From: Octopus bimaculoides
Taxonomy: Eukaryota
NCBI RefSeq assembly: GCF_001194135.2
Contig: NC_069002.1
Span: forward strand, 4,497,743 to 4,539,623
Length of the DNA: 41,881 nucleotides
Direction of reading: 5' to 3'
Position numbers and translations under genes: made by a program. Under the pieces are notes generated by a model. That model did not search any database. It saw only the letters and a list, made by a program, of their open reading frames with translations, and had not been told where the DNA came from. Below are positions 1 to 12,833 of the stretch, piece by piece; the first letter of the stretch is position 1; each line of letters begins with the position of its first letter.

Positions 1-1431
1 TGAGAAAAAGAAAATGAAGAAGAAAGAGAGGGAGAACAACAACAATAACAACAACATGGAGAAGAAAATGATAATGATGATGATGATGACGATGACGTGA
101 GGGAAAGTATGAGTAAACATATGAGTAAAGAGAAAGTGTGAGGGGAGTAATTTAAAGTGAGCGTGAGGGTGAGTGAATTTCGTACACACACACACAGATG
201 CACGCGCGCATACATGCACACACACATACGTGGACAAACACACACACACACACACACACACACGTATATATGAATTAATATAACGACACATGCATTTACA
301 TGTACACGCATTCCCACACAACTGCACATTTCACATGCACAAGCGGAAAAAAGGAAAGGAGAAAGAAAAGTATGAATGAAAGAAAGGAAAGAGACGAAGA
401 ATGAAAGAAGGATGGAAAGAAAGGAAGGAAGAAAGAAATGGAGGGAGGGAGGAAGTATAGCACTGAACTGACATAATTGGAAATAAAACGTGAATGTAAC
501 GAAGAGGGAGGAGAGATGTGTGAGAGGAAGAGGAGAAAAAGAGGAAAGGGAGAGAGAGGAAAGGGAGAGAAAGGAGGGGAGAGGAATGAGACAGAGGAGA
601 GGAATGAGACAGAGGAGAGGAAAGAGAGAGAGAGAGAGAGAGAGAGAGGAAGACGAAGATTAGGGAGAAGAAACAGAGAAAACGATGTGTCCAGAACACT
701 GAAGAGGGGAGTTAAACGAGACGGCAAAGATGCTGCAATGGCGAAAATGTGTCCGAAGAATAAGCGAAACGGCAAGTAGAAAGCGAAGTACTTGTTTGAA
801 AAGTCATATTAGGAGACGCCGCTGCACCTATAATGCATGCAGTGCATTGTGCAGTAGCTTACTTGTAAGGTACGGGTGCATGGTGGGTTGAAACGATCGT
901 AGTGGCTTTGAATAAAGAGTCTCATGAATTCATTTTCTATTTCTCATCTCTTTATATAAACTCTACGAACACAAAGGAATTCCACATGTAAATCCTGTGG
1001 CATATACCTCCATATTTCGTTGTGCTTTTCTTCCTTTTGACGTGTATGTAAAAGTGCGCACGCTTGTGTGTGCGTACCCGTATATATACGCGTGCGCGCG
1101 CGCAGAATCAAATGATTTTCACGGATAGATTACGAACATCGGTGAAGTGAAAATTTGTCAAGTGGTAGAGAAATCGTATATAGGGCGCCATTGACCCAGT
1201 CTTGGGTGAAACGGTATTTGATATCCTGGCTGACCTAAATGTTTTGCAAACGAATATATGATGTAATACTGATCTGCATGTGTATTTATACACACACACG
1301 CACAGACATATNNNNNNNNNNACATACACATATATGTATATACATTCATACACTCACAAATATTCCTTAGTGAAGTTAATAAAATTAGTAAATGAATAGT
1401 TTCCCTTTATATGTGTATTTGTGTGTTTACG

Positions 1432-1462
<31 letters not shown>

Positions 1463-2529
1463 ATAGGTATGTAGGTATTTATGTAATTATACTCATGTAT
1501 CCGCACACTAATACTCCCCCGCCACGCACATACACGTGTATATTACCCACCTACCCAGAAACAATTACATACATAACATACATATATGCATACATGTGAT
1601 ATATGTATGTATAAACACACACATACATATTCATGTATATATATTTGTATATTTCTAAATATATGTCTGTGTATATATATATATATATATATATNNNNNN
1701 NNNNNNNNNNNNNNNNNNNNNNNNNNNNNNNNNNNNNNNNNNNNNNNNNNNNNNNNNNNNNNNNNNNNNNNNNNNNNNNNNNNNNNNNNNNNNNNNNNNN
1801 NNNNNNNNNNNNNNNNNNNNNNNNNNNNNNNNNNNNNNNNNNNNNNNNNNNNNNNNNNNNNNNNNNNNNNNNNNNNNNNNNNNNNNNNNNNNNNNNNNNN
1901 NNNNNNNNNNNNNNNNNNNNNNNNNNNNNNNNNNNNNNNNNNNNNNNNNNNNNNNNNNNNNNNNNNNNNNNNNNNNNNNNNNNNNNNNNNNNNNNNNNNN
2001 NNNNNNNNNNNNNNNNNNNNNNNNNNNNNNNNNNNNNNNNNNNNNNNNNNNNNNNNNNNNNNNNNNNNNNNNNNNNNNNNNNNNNNNNNNNNNNNNNNNN
2101 NNNNNNNNNNNNNNNNNNNNNNNNNNNNNNNNNNNNNNNNNNNNNNNNNNNNNNNNNNNNNNNNNNNNNNNNNNNNNNNNNNNNNNNNNNNNNNNNNNNN
2201 NNNNNNNNNNNNNNNNNNNNNNNNNNNNNNNNNNNNNNNNNNNNNNNNNNNNNNNNNNNNNNNNNNNNNNNNNNNNNNNNNNNNNNNNNNNNNNNNNNNN
2301 NNNNNNNNNNNNNNNNNNNNNNNNNNNNNNNNNNNNNNNNNNNNNNNNNNNNNNNNNNNNNNNNNNNNNNNNNNNNNNNNNNNNNNNNNNNNNNNNNNNN
2401 NNNNNNNNNNNNNNNNNNNNNNNNNNNNNNNNNNNNNNNNNNNNNNNNNNNNNNNNNNNNNNNNNNNNNNNNNNNNNNNNNNNNNNNNNNNNNNNNNNNN
2501 NCAAGGACGGGTCATTTGGAGTTTTCTTT

Positions 2530-2660
2530 CCTCAGTCGACTTCGCATTTCATCGTTTCGGAGTCGATAAGATAAGTACCAGTTGAATACTGGGGTCTATG
2601 TAATCAACTTAATCCCTCCCCCGAACTTACTGGCCCTGTGCCAAAATTTGAAACCAATAC
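2530..2660 (+). mobile_element. SINE family A, 3' half (core plus tail), diverged
   Basis: Aligns by eye to the in-window copies at 8274-8490 and 33591-33772 (gtcgactt.gc.tttcatc.tttcgg.gtcgataa.ataagtaccagttga.tactggggtc). It ends in gtgccaaaatttgaaaccaat, the same tail as the 41395 copy. Confidence 0.75.
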
Positions 2661-3373
2661 TAAATTATGGATTGATTAAATGATTCAGTGAGTCAAGTAT
2701 TGCTTTTGTGATTGGTTGATTGATTGATTGTCTCGATCGATTGACTAAGTGGTTGTGTGAGTGACGAAGTTTGTCAACGAGTGAGCGTGTACAGAAATGA
2801 GTGTGAGCGAAAGACGAGACAAAAGAGAAACAAAGACAAAGAAAAAAAGAATCACCGAAGCATAACGTGACATGATACGACACGTAGTATGAGTATAGCG
2901 ATTACGTAAAAGGTCCTTCGTGTCAGATCCAGGCTGATAGAGAAACACGTCAATGGTAGGGGTGAGTAGATGTTTGGGAGAGAGGAGGGGGAATAGAAAT
3001 GGAAGGGTGGACAGAGGAGGGTGGCATGGGTGCGAAGGGAAATAAACGGTGGAAATATATATATATCGAATCAGTCAATAAATGAAAGATAATCGTTATG
3101 AAGAGATTGATAGCTGTGAATCTTCTGAATGAAGCGTTTGTTCCACTTGGGATAGGATTTCACCCTCTAAAAGGGTAGCGTGTCACGCGAAGGTTAACGA
3201 AATTTTGTTTCTTTTTTTCGAGGTGGTTTATATTACGACTGAGTTTCGACTAAATAAATGTCATTGGCAGAAAACTGTGACCGGGCTAAAAGAAACCACA
3301 TAGAAAACTGTAGTTAAATATGTATATCTGTATGTGTATACACGCATACATACATATATACACAAACATATAC

Positions 3374-3438
<65 letters not shown>

Positions 3439-3449
3439 TGTATGTATGC

Positions 3450-3659
3450 TTTTATTTTACTTGTTTCATCCATTTGACTACGGCCATGCTGGAGCCTTAG
3501 AAAGCTTTAGTCAAGCAAATCGACCCCAGGACTTATTCTTTGTAAGCCTAGTACTTATTCTATCGGACTTTTTTGCGGAACCGTTAAGTTATGGGGATGT
3601 ACATACACCAACATCGGGTGTCAAGAGATGGCGGCGGGGGAGAAGCATACACACACACA
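3450..3659 (-). mobile_element. SINE family B, 3' half
   Basis: Matches the 3' part of the full copy at 21791-22204 (ttacttgtttca..catttgact.cggccatgctggagc...aaatcgaccccaggacttattctttgtaagcctagtacttattctatcgg). Confidence 0.85.
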
Positions 3660-3673
3660 GTAGTAGTAGTAGC

Positions 3674-3725
<52 letters not shown>

Positions 3726-3957
3726 TTCTTCTGACAGAAAATAGAAGGCACTCAATCCGTTTTCCCACCAACACCAACACAAACACCAGCACCATAAGCA
3801 CTCCCCATTAAAAGGGGTCAACGAAGTTTGGCGGTACAGGGTACGTAAACGTCCCCCAGACTTCAATATACGTTGGACAACAGGATGGTGGAGGGAGATT
3901 TGACTGCTATTTCGAGCAGATCATCCAACCAACTAACACAACTAAACCGACTGCTGC

Positions 3958-4006
<49 letters not shown>

Positions 4007-4345
4007 GCCCTCTTTGCCGCCGCTAATGCGAATGTATGGCAAACAGAAAAAAAACGGGACTGCGTTGTGTTAATTAAGGTGTTCTCATCATACGAGACGT
4101 CGGTTTTCAACAGAAGTTCTGAATTAAAGTAATTGCTACATGGGTGTTTGTTGAGATTTTCGACAGGATTACTCTACTTCCGGTCGCATTGCGCTTTAGC
4201 GTAATAAAGTGTCACAAATATTTGTGCATCGCTGCGCACGTAACATTCTTTCACAATTCACGTGCAGGCATCGGAGCAGTTTCACTTCGCCACTGACTTG
4301 TTGCATTACGTTTCTTCGACGGCGGCATATGTCTGTCTGTCAATA

Positions 4346-4380
<35 letters not shown>

Positions 4381-4466
4381 TACACATATATATATAGGGC
4401 GCGCGCGTGTGTGAACGTGCATGTATATATATATATATATAATCATGCATCTATAATATATGTATG

Positions 4467-4514
<48 letters not shown>

Positions 4515-4760
4515 NNNNNNNNNNNNNNNNNNNNNNNNNNNNNNNNNNNNNNNNNNNNNNNNNNNNNNNNNNNNNNNNNNNNNNNNNNNNNNNNNNNNNN
4601 NNNNNNNNNNNNNNNNNNNNNNNNNNNNNNNNNNNNNNNNNNNNNNNNNNNNNNNNNNNNNNNNNNNNNNNNNNNNNNNNNNNNNNNNNNNNNNNNNNNN
4701 NNNNNNNNNNNNNNNNNNNNNNNNNNNNNNATAGAGAGAGAGAGAGATATAGATATAGAT

Positions 4761-4795
<35 letters not shown>

Positions 4796-5176
4796 TACAT
4801 ACATACGTAAGCTTGTATATATAATACATATGTGTATATGTATAAAATTCCGTATTATATACACCCAGTAAGTAAGAATTTCAGCTAGTTGAATAAAAAA
4901 GAAAATACAAAGTAAATGTTTTTTAATTACACTATGTTGAATTTCTGATTACCGGAAACTGGAGGGTTTTCAGGCTGTGTTTCCGGTTGTGTGAAGACAA
5001 CTTCCGTCTTTACACCGTTCTACCACTCACCTCCTATACCGGATATAAGCTACATAAAAATGACCTGTTTTTGTTTGTTTGTTGGTTGCGTTTTCGCTTT
5101 TGCGTATTTGCACGTCCTATAAGAAATGGAAGTCTTTGAGGTTTCTCTCTCTTTCTCTCACTCTCTCTTTCTCTCA

Positions 5177-5207
<31 letters not shown>

Positions 5208-5262
5208 CCTATCTATCTATCTCTCCATATCTATCTATCTATCTATCTACCTACCTACCTAC

Positions 5263-5301
<39 letters not shown>

Positions 5302-5712
5302 GCTTAGTCTCTCTCCTTCACTCTTTCTCTTTTCCCACGCTCTCTCTTTTGCTCTCACTTTCTCTCTCACTCTCTTTCGTTCTCTCTCTCTTTGTCATTC
5401 ACCCTCTCTCTCTTTCTTTTATCTCTATTTTGCTCTCTCTCTTTTACTCTCTATCTATCTGTCTAAATACGACAACTTTAACACGAAATAACTTTAAAAA
5501 TATAAACTTTTCTCAATACCACTAAGAGTAAAAGATGTTTTATATGACACATTCTACCAGTGTCCCAAGTTTGAAAGTGTTTCGTTAGAAAACAAATGGT
5601 GTCCGCCAAATCAGAAAGATCCAAATATAGTTTTATAGACACTTTTTCATTATTCCTATTTTGTTTTTCGCACATTAAAAGAAGAAAAGAACGTATGTAC
5701 GTATTATGCAAG

Positions 5713-5743
<31 letters not shown>

Positions 5744-6407
5744 TATGTATGTATGTATGTATGTATGTATGTATGTATGTATGTGTGTGTGTGTACATGT
5801 ATGTATGAATATATGTATGTATATACCTTTATATGTATTGTACCAATTTAGTCACCATTTTAAAATTTTCATTTAGTCCGGCAATCTAGTCATTCTACCC
5901 GACTGTTTTCCGATATATTGACAGCCGGATGGAATAGGAACCCGGCCACCCACTGAGGCTGAAAAGATCCCCCCCCCCAAAAAAAAGAACGAAACCCTAA
6001 ATAGCCCCACCCGACCCCAACAAAAAACAAATACAAAGTCAGGAAAACAGATTCAGACACAAGTCTCTTGAAAAAAAATAAATAAAAAATAAAATAAAAA
6101 CACAGTCACAAATAAATAACCCTCAAAAGTTGGAACGTTGTGGGGCGAAGAACAGAAGACGGGCAGAATGAAAAGTCTATATCTTGGAAGTTCTAATCGC
6201 GTGGAATCAAATGATCAGAGTGCAGAATTAATTAGGATAATAATAATAATAATAATAATAATTGTAGTAGTAGTAGTAACAGTCGTAGAATAAAAAATCT
6301 GGTCAAATTACTTAAGAATTTGGGCATGGCCAAAGAATTAATGGCATCTGAGTGCAAGAACGCAGCTACTACTAACACCTGCCAACAGTATATACCTACA
6401 TATACGC

Positions 6408-6450
<43 letters not shown>

Positions 6451-6688
6451 CTCTCTCTCTCACACATACACACATATATATATACATATATGTATGTGTA
6501 TATATGTGTGTTTATGTGGAGGTGGGAAAATGTATTATCACGTGATTAAATCTTTAATTTCTATCTTATTGAAGTCCCGTTTTTAGTTTGTTATTTTCTT
6601 TATTGTTTTGTTTCATTTTGTTTCTTGGTGTGTGGGTGTGCGGGTTTATGTACTATCAAATATCTCTTAAATGGAACACGGACGTGTT

Positions 6689-6719
<31 letters not shown>

Positions 6720-7599
6720 TTGCGCGAGCGCGCGTATATATGTCTATATATATATATATGTATATATATGTATATATATGTGTATGTATATATATTTATG
6801 TATATATTTGTATATATATATATATATATATGCGTATGTGTGAGTGTGTGCGTGCGTGTGTGTGTGCATGCGTGTGTGTGTGTGTNNNNNNNNNNNNNNN
6901 NNNNNNNNNNNNNNNNNNNNNNNNNNNNNNNNNNNNNNNNNNNNNNNNNNNNNNNNNNNNNNNNNNNNNNNNNNNNNNNNNNNNNNNNNNNNNNNNNNNN
7001 NNNNNNNNNNNNNNNNNNNNNNNNNNNNNNNNNNNNNNNNNNNNNNNNNNNNNNNNNNNNNNNNNNNNNNNNNNNNNNNNNNNNNNNNNNNNNNNNNNNN
7101 NNNNNNNNNNNNNNNNNNNNNNNNNNNNNNNNNNNNNNNNNNNNNNNNNNNNNNNNNNNNNNNNNNNNNNNNNNNNNNNNNNNNNNNNNNNNNNNNNNNN
7201 NNNNNNNNNNNNNNNNNNNNNNNNNNNNNNNNNNNNNNNNNNNNNNNNNNNNNNNNNNNNNNNNNNNNNNNNNNNNNNNNNNNNNNNNNNNNNNNNNNNN
7301 NNNNNNNNNNNNNNNNNNNNNNNNNNNNNNNNNNNNNNNNNNNNNNNNNNNNNNNNNNNNNNNNNNNNNNNNNNNNNNNNNNNNNNNNNNNNNNNNNNNN
7401 NNNNNNNNNNNNNNNNNNNNNNNNNNNNNNNNNNNNNNNNNNNNNNNNNNNNNNNNNNNNNNNNNNNNNNNNNNNNNNNNNNNNNNNNNNNNNNNNNNNN
7501 NNNNNNNNNNNNNNNNNNNNNNNNNNNNNNNNNNNNNNNNNNNNNNNNNNNNNNNNNNNNNNNNNNNNNNNNNNNNNNNNNTGTGTGTGTGTGTGTTTG

Positions 7600-8190
7600 T
7601 GTGTGTAATATTTACTTTAGCAGTGGCGCTGTCTTGAGGTTTGGTGACAGCAAGTTTTCTCAAACCTTTCTTAACATTCTTGCAGAATATAGGATTGCAC
7701 TTTTTTTTCAGGTCATCAATGTCAGTCTCAATCTTTCGGCCTATTTTGTTTGGATTTTGGGTATTGCACTAAGTGCACCAATTGTACTAAGGAATAATTA
7801 TCGTCTTAGACTTTCACAGTCTTTTAATCTCTCTGGTTAGATCAAGAAATTCTTTAGCATCCACCCAATTACCGTGTTGTATTGCAAAGTCTATAACCTT
7901 ATATCGTTTCTTTCTTCTCTCCACCATAATTATTTCTAAGTTGTTTTTTTTTTACTTCAATAGTGTGGCCTGCCTTTATAAGGATGTCCCATAAAACCCT
8001 GTAATTCTTGTTCTCGATCAATACATATCATTTTCTTGTTACTTTGATTCCACATACTCGGTTTACATCCCGACGCGCTCCTTTACCTACACAAGCTTGT
8101 TTGTGCTTATACTCTTTTTGTGCTAGCTTACTGCATTTACTCAAGAGCTGGTTAATGCTTTCGTTAACTTACTCACAAATTCTGTATTCT
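7600..8190 (-). mobile_element. R4/Dong-clade non-LTR retrotransposon, decayed 3' fragment (CCHC knuckle plus REL endonuclease)
   Basis: Manual minus-strand translation across stops and frameshifts gives YRICE*VNESINQLLSKCSKLAQKEYKH...IENKNYRVLWDIL...KVIDFAI...DLTREIKRL...IIP..GALSAIPK...KKSAILYSARMLRKV*. This follows the R4/Dong C-terminal motif order (CRxC..ETI.H..S.C..LA..Y; EN...ILWD; IID.A; EI.R.W; IP.V.GALG; QK...L.TAR.LRKVL). Confidence 0.85.
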
Positions 8191-8207
8191 GTAGCAAACT
8201 TTGAAAC

Positions 8208-8249
<42 letters not shown>

Positions 8250-8273
8250 CATTATTATTATTATTATTATTGA

Positions 8274-8490
8274 GGTGGCGAGCTGGCAGAATCGTTAGCA
8301 CCCTGGGCGAAATGCTTAGTGGTACTTCGTCTGTCGCTACGTTCTGAGTTTAAGTTCCGCTGAGGCCGACTTTGCCTTTCATCCTTTCAGGGTCCATAAA
8401 TTAAGTACCAGTTGCGTATTGGGGTTGAAGTAATCGACTAGTCCCCTCCCTCCAAATCTCAGGTCTTGTACCTATAGTAGAAAGGTATTG
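8274..8490 (+). mobile_element. SINE family A, near full length (tRNA-derived head)
   Basis: Head ggtggcgagctggcagaatcgttag (A-box-like), gagtttaagttcc (B-box-like), core gcctttcatcctttcagggtccataaattaagtaccag, then a (TTG)n/(TTA)n-type tail. Several homologues occur in this window. Confidence 0.9.
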
Positions 8491-9190
8491 TTGTTGTTGT
8501 TGTTGTTGTGGTCGTCGTCGTCTTCATCACCATTGTTATTATTATTCGAAACTTTCGACTTGCGTCTACGTATGATTGTTTATTGTTGTTGTTGCTATTG
8601 CTGCTGATATAGCTGTTGTTGTTGGCGTTGATGTTGCTGTTGTTGTTGTTGTTGTTGTTGTTGTTTTACACATAACTGCACATATGTGTTAATTCGATTC
8701 CTCCTAAATCCTGCAGTCATCTCCCATCACTCCCACCACCACCACCACCACCACCACCAATTATCTGACTTCACCATCAAACCGCCCTCCCCCCACCTCA
8801 TGTCCGTTCCCGAACCCCTTCCACGAAAATTCATTTTCCTTGCTTTTTGACTACAAGAATGCAAGAATGTTAAGTTTAGCGTCGACTTTACTTAGAGAAA
8901 CAAAACCCACTGAGGTGTTTGGAGGGGAAGAACANNNNNNNNNNNNNNNNNNNNNNNNNNNNNNNNNNNNNNNNNNNNNNNNNNNNNNNNNNNNNNNNNN
9001 NNNNNNNNNNNNNNNNNNNNNNNNNNNNNNNNNNNNNNNNNNNNNNNNNNNNNNNNNNNNNNNNNNNNNNNNNNNNNNNNNNNNNNNNNNNNNNNNNNNN
9101 NNNNNNNNNNNNNNNNNNNNNNNNNNNNNNNNNNNNNNNNNNNNNNNNNNNNNNNNNNNNNNNNNNATATATATATATATACTATATATA

Positions 9191-9352
9191 GGCGCAGGAG
9201 TAGCAGTGTGGTAAGTAGCTAACTTACCAGCCACATGGTTCAGGGTTCAGTCCCACTGCGTGCCACCTTGGGCAAGTGCCTTCTACTATAGACTCAGGCC
9301 GACCAAAGCCTTGTGAGTGGATTTGGTAGACGGAAACTGAAACCCCGTCGTA
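9191..9352 (+). mobile_element. SINE family B, 5' half (tRNA-derived head)
   Basis: ggcgcaggagtagcagtgtggtaag...gggttcagtcccactgcg...cttgggcaagtg...ccttgtgagtggatttggtagacggaaactga is the reverse complement of 22030-22204. Confidence 0.9.
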
Positions 9353-9806
9353 CATATATATATGAGGAAGACAAAAATCGCCAACGATTCACATATGGTT
9401 AGATGTATGTATGTATGTATGTATGTATGTATGTATGTATGTATGTATGTCTATCTATTTGTCTATCTCTCTCTTATTATTTCGTTAATTCTTTCTTTCA
9501 AACATTCACGTTTATTTATACTTATTTACTTTGCTTTTTTGGTTTTATTTTTGTTTTAATCATTTATTTTATTTGTTGTACTCATGTATTTATTTGTCTT
9601 ATTTATATATTTGCGGCTTGGGCAGGTATGAGTTTTCTTCAGAAATTATTTCCCTGGAATCTTTTACTTTCAATCTAATTATAACACCAGGTTTCCTAAA
9701 ATACTTTTAGAGAACTGTTCCGGAAAATTCCAACGGATTGTAAAATAAAACTTTGCCATCGATCAAGTGGCTAATTCTTCAATACAACGCTTCTTATAAA
9801 CATTCC

Positions 9807-10003
9807 TATTGACCAATTCTTCAATAGAGCTATTGTAGTGTCTATTTTATTGGCCAATAATTCTTTGCAACAACACTTCTTTGGACGGCTTTATGAACCA
9901 ATTTTTTAATAGAATTCTCTAAGGGTCAATTCTATATGATAATTCTTATGGACCAATTTTTTTTTATAGAATTCTCTAAGAGTCTATTCTATTCGATAAT
10001 TCT
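9807..10003. repeat. Degenerate ~55-bp minisatellite (about 3 units)
   Basis: Units start at 9892 and 9947 (tatg.accaatttttt.atagaattctctaag.gtc.attctat..gataattct). A more diverged unit starts at 9807. Confidence 0.7.
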
Positions 10004-10068
10004 TTGATATATAGGAGTCTTGTCACTTTTTTGACATGACTAATTTGAGAGTATTTTTTCAATATTTA

Positions 10069-10316
10069 GTGGAGGCACGTGGCTTAGTGATTAGGGGTGT
10101 TGGTAAGATCGTAAAATTGTGGTTTCGATTCCTCGACCAGGTGTCGCGTTGTGTTCTTGAGCAAGACACTTCATTTCACGTTGCTCCAGTCCACTCAGCT
10201 AGCAAATGAATGATCCTGTGATGGACCAGCGTCCCATCCAGGTGGGGAATATATACTCCACTGAAACCGGAATACTGGCCCCTTATGAGCCTGGCATGGC
10301 TCAACAAGAAAGGAAC
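10069..10316 (+). mobile_element. SINE family C (tRNA-derived head)
   Basis: A-box-like gtggcttagtg, B-box-like ggtttcgattcc, then ttgagcaagacactt...ccactcagct...cctgtgatggaccagcgtcccatccagg, a body typical of conserved-core metazoan SINEs. Confidence 0.75.
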
Positions 10317-10693
10317 ACAGAAATAAACAGGGAGAGAAAATAGAAAAAGGTTTAGTGGCTAGCGATCTATCATGGCGAATATATATGTAAACACATGCAT
10401 ACATACATATATATATGCATATATATAATATATATACACTCATGTATATGTATATACACACACACACACACACACGTACATACAAACATATAGAGAGCTG
10501 CTAGATTATTGCTTGATTATTACACACACACATACACACACACACATATATACACACTCAAATATATATATATATTACATGTATATATACATACATATAC
10601 ATACGCACATACGCATATATAATATAATTATTTACGTGTGTATATGCGTGTTTGTACATGCATATGCGTATGTATATATGTATATAAGTATAG

Positions 10694-10741
<48 letters not shown>

Positions 10742-10784
10742 TGCATACATACAGTCTGTCAGTTTGACAGACATTAGATAACTG

Positions 10785-10849
<65 letters not shown>

Positions 10850-11711
10850 AAGAGAAAATGAAATAGAGAGAGAGAGAAGGGAGAGAGAGTGGGGAGAGAG
10901 AGAGAAGGGAGATAGAGAGGGGTAGAAGGAAAAGAAGGGAGAAGGGAAGAGAGGTGAAATAGCTGCTCTATGATATTAGCAATAAAACTGCCAACATAGC
11001 TGATACGGTGCATGGCGCAGCATGCTTAATATGATGTCTAGACAAGAGACCAGAGACCAGTAATAAACAGAACGAAGGGCGGCAGCCTGTAGCCCTCGTA
11101 TCTGCTCGTCTGTCTGTCTGTCCGTGTGTCGCTAGCGCTGAGATTGTACTACAGCGATGCTGGTTCGAACTGTTGGTCTTGTTCTTATTACGGTGGTGGT
11201 GGTGGTCGTCGAGAAAGTAGTGATGGTTGTTGAGGCAGTGGTGGTAATGGTGGTGGAGGTTGTGCTGCTGCTGCTGTTAATAGCAGTGCGGATGGTGGTG
11301 GTGGTTGTAGTATTGGTGATGGAGGTAATAGTATTTAAGGTGGTGCTGGAGCTGCTACTGGAGGTGGTGGTTGAGATGGCTTTGCGTAGTGGTGGTGGTG
11401 GTAGTGGTGGTGATTGTGGTGGTGGTGGTGGTGGTGGTAATGGTGGTAGTGGTGGTGATTGTGGTGGCAGCAAAGGAGATTGCAGATGGGATGACATCAG
11501 AGTTTACAGGAAGTGAAACTAGCAATAGACTTCACCGGAAGTAATATAAGAAACATCAACAGCAGCAAAAAAAAAAGAAAAAAAAAGAAGAAAAAAAGAC
11601 AAAAATGAACAAAAAATAGTGGTGACAACAGCAGCATCACGCGCAGCAGCAGCCATAACGTCTATAGTAGCAGTAATAGAAGGAAAAAACAACAGCACCA
11701 ACGACAAGAAT

Positions 11712-11764
<53 letters not shown>

Positions 11765-11869
11765 CGATAACAACAACAACAACAGCAAAAACACGAACAA
11801 CATCAAATATCAGGTGTGCAGTAATTACAGAGTAATGGTTGTTAGGACTTTTGTTGTATTTGACGTTCT

Positions 11870-12050
11870 TTTCGTTATCATCGTTTTAACGTCTATGCTT
11901 TTCCATGCTTGCATGGGTCGGAGGAGTTTATTGAAGCAGATATTCTATATGACCGAATGCCCTCTCTGTCGCCAACCCTTACCTGTTTTTCCAAGCATGG
12001 TAATAGTATCTCCGTGGACAGGTACGGATTCGCAGAATATTGGAATTGAA
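11870..12050 (-). mobile_element. Probable non-LTR element 3' end fragment
   Basis: atcatcgttttaacgtc...ttccatgcttgcatggg...ccgaatgccctctctgtcgccaaccc resembles a common LINE/SINE 3' UTR with a (GAT)n tail on the minus strand. Recognised from memory only. Confidence 0.45.
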
Positions 12051-12109
12051 TGACATTCATTTAAAACAATCCCACGGATATTAAGACAAGTAGACTCAAA
12101 CAACACACG

Positions 12110-12146
<37 letters not shown>

Positions 12147-12158
12147 GCTCACACACAC

Positions 12159-12300
12159 ATGATGGGCTTCTTTCAGTTTCCATCTAAGTCCATTCACGAA
12201 GCTTTAGTCGGCTCGGGGCTACAGCAGAAGACACTTGTCCAGGGTGCAATGAGCCCAAAAAACGTGGTTAAGAAACAAAATTCTTGATTAAACAGCCACG
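12159..12300 (-). mobile_element. SINE family B, 5' half, diverged
   Basis: gggcttctttcagtttcc...gctttagtcggctcggggctacagcagaagacacttgtcc aligns to 22030-22200. Confidence 0.8.
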
Positions 12301-12371
12301 TTCTTTTATATATAGCATTCTGTTGATTTGCATACAAGTCACGCATACAAACATACATACATACATACAAA

Positions 12372-12474
<103 letters not shown>

Positions 12475-12802
12475 GTGTCTATATAACTTACAGTGACACA
12501 CCCATATACATATACGAATGTATATGTTTATACATATTTCTTGATGTGCGTATATACAAATGTATTACCCATATAGGCGAACATATATACATATATACGC
12601 ATGTATATATACATATATACATACGTAGATAAACAGGTCTGAGTACATGCGTTTTATATAAATATGCACGCCCGTGTACACACACACGCGCGCGCACGCA
12701 CACATACACACACACACATACATGTACGAATACATGTATATATATATATATATTTGTATATTTACTATTTATACACACGCATGCATATATACATGCATAC
12801 AC

Positions 12803-12833
<31 letters not shown>

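Noticed and set aside
579-614. 18-bp direct repeat gagaggaatgagacagag twice
   Set aside because: Ordinary slippage within a purine-rich low-complexity tract.
820-860. ctgcac…aatgca-tgcag-tgcatt-gtgcag hairpin as a possible pre-miRNA
   Set aside because: Too short, and it matches no conserved miRNA I recognise.
5880-5970. Possible HDV-like ribozyme on the minus strand (ggg-ttcctat-tcc resembles P3/L3)
   Set aside because: No P2 complement and no adequate P1 helix.
6275-6380. KNLVKLLKNLGMAKELMASECKNAAT as a possible third REL-LINE tail
   Set aside because: The similarity is too weak to support without a search.
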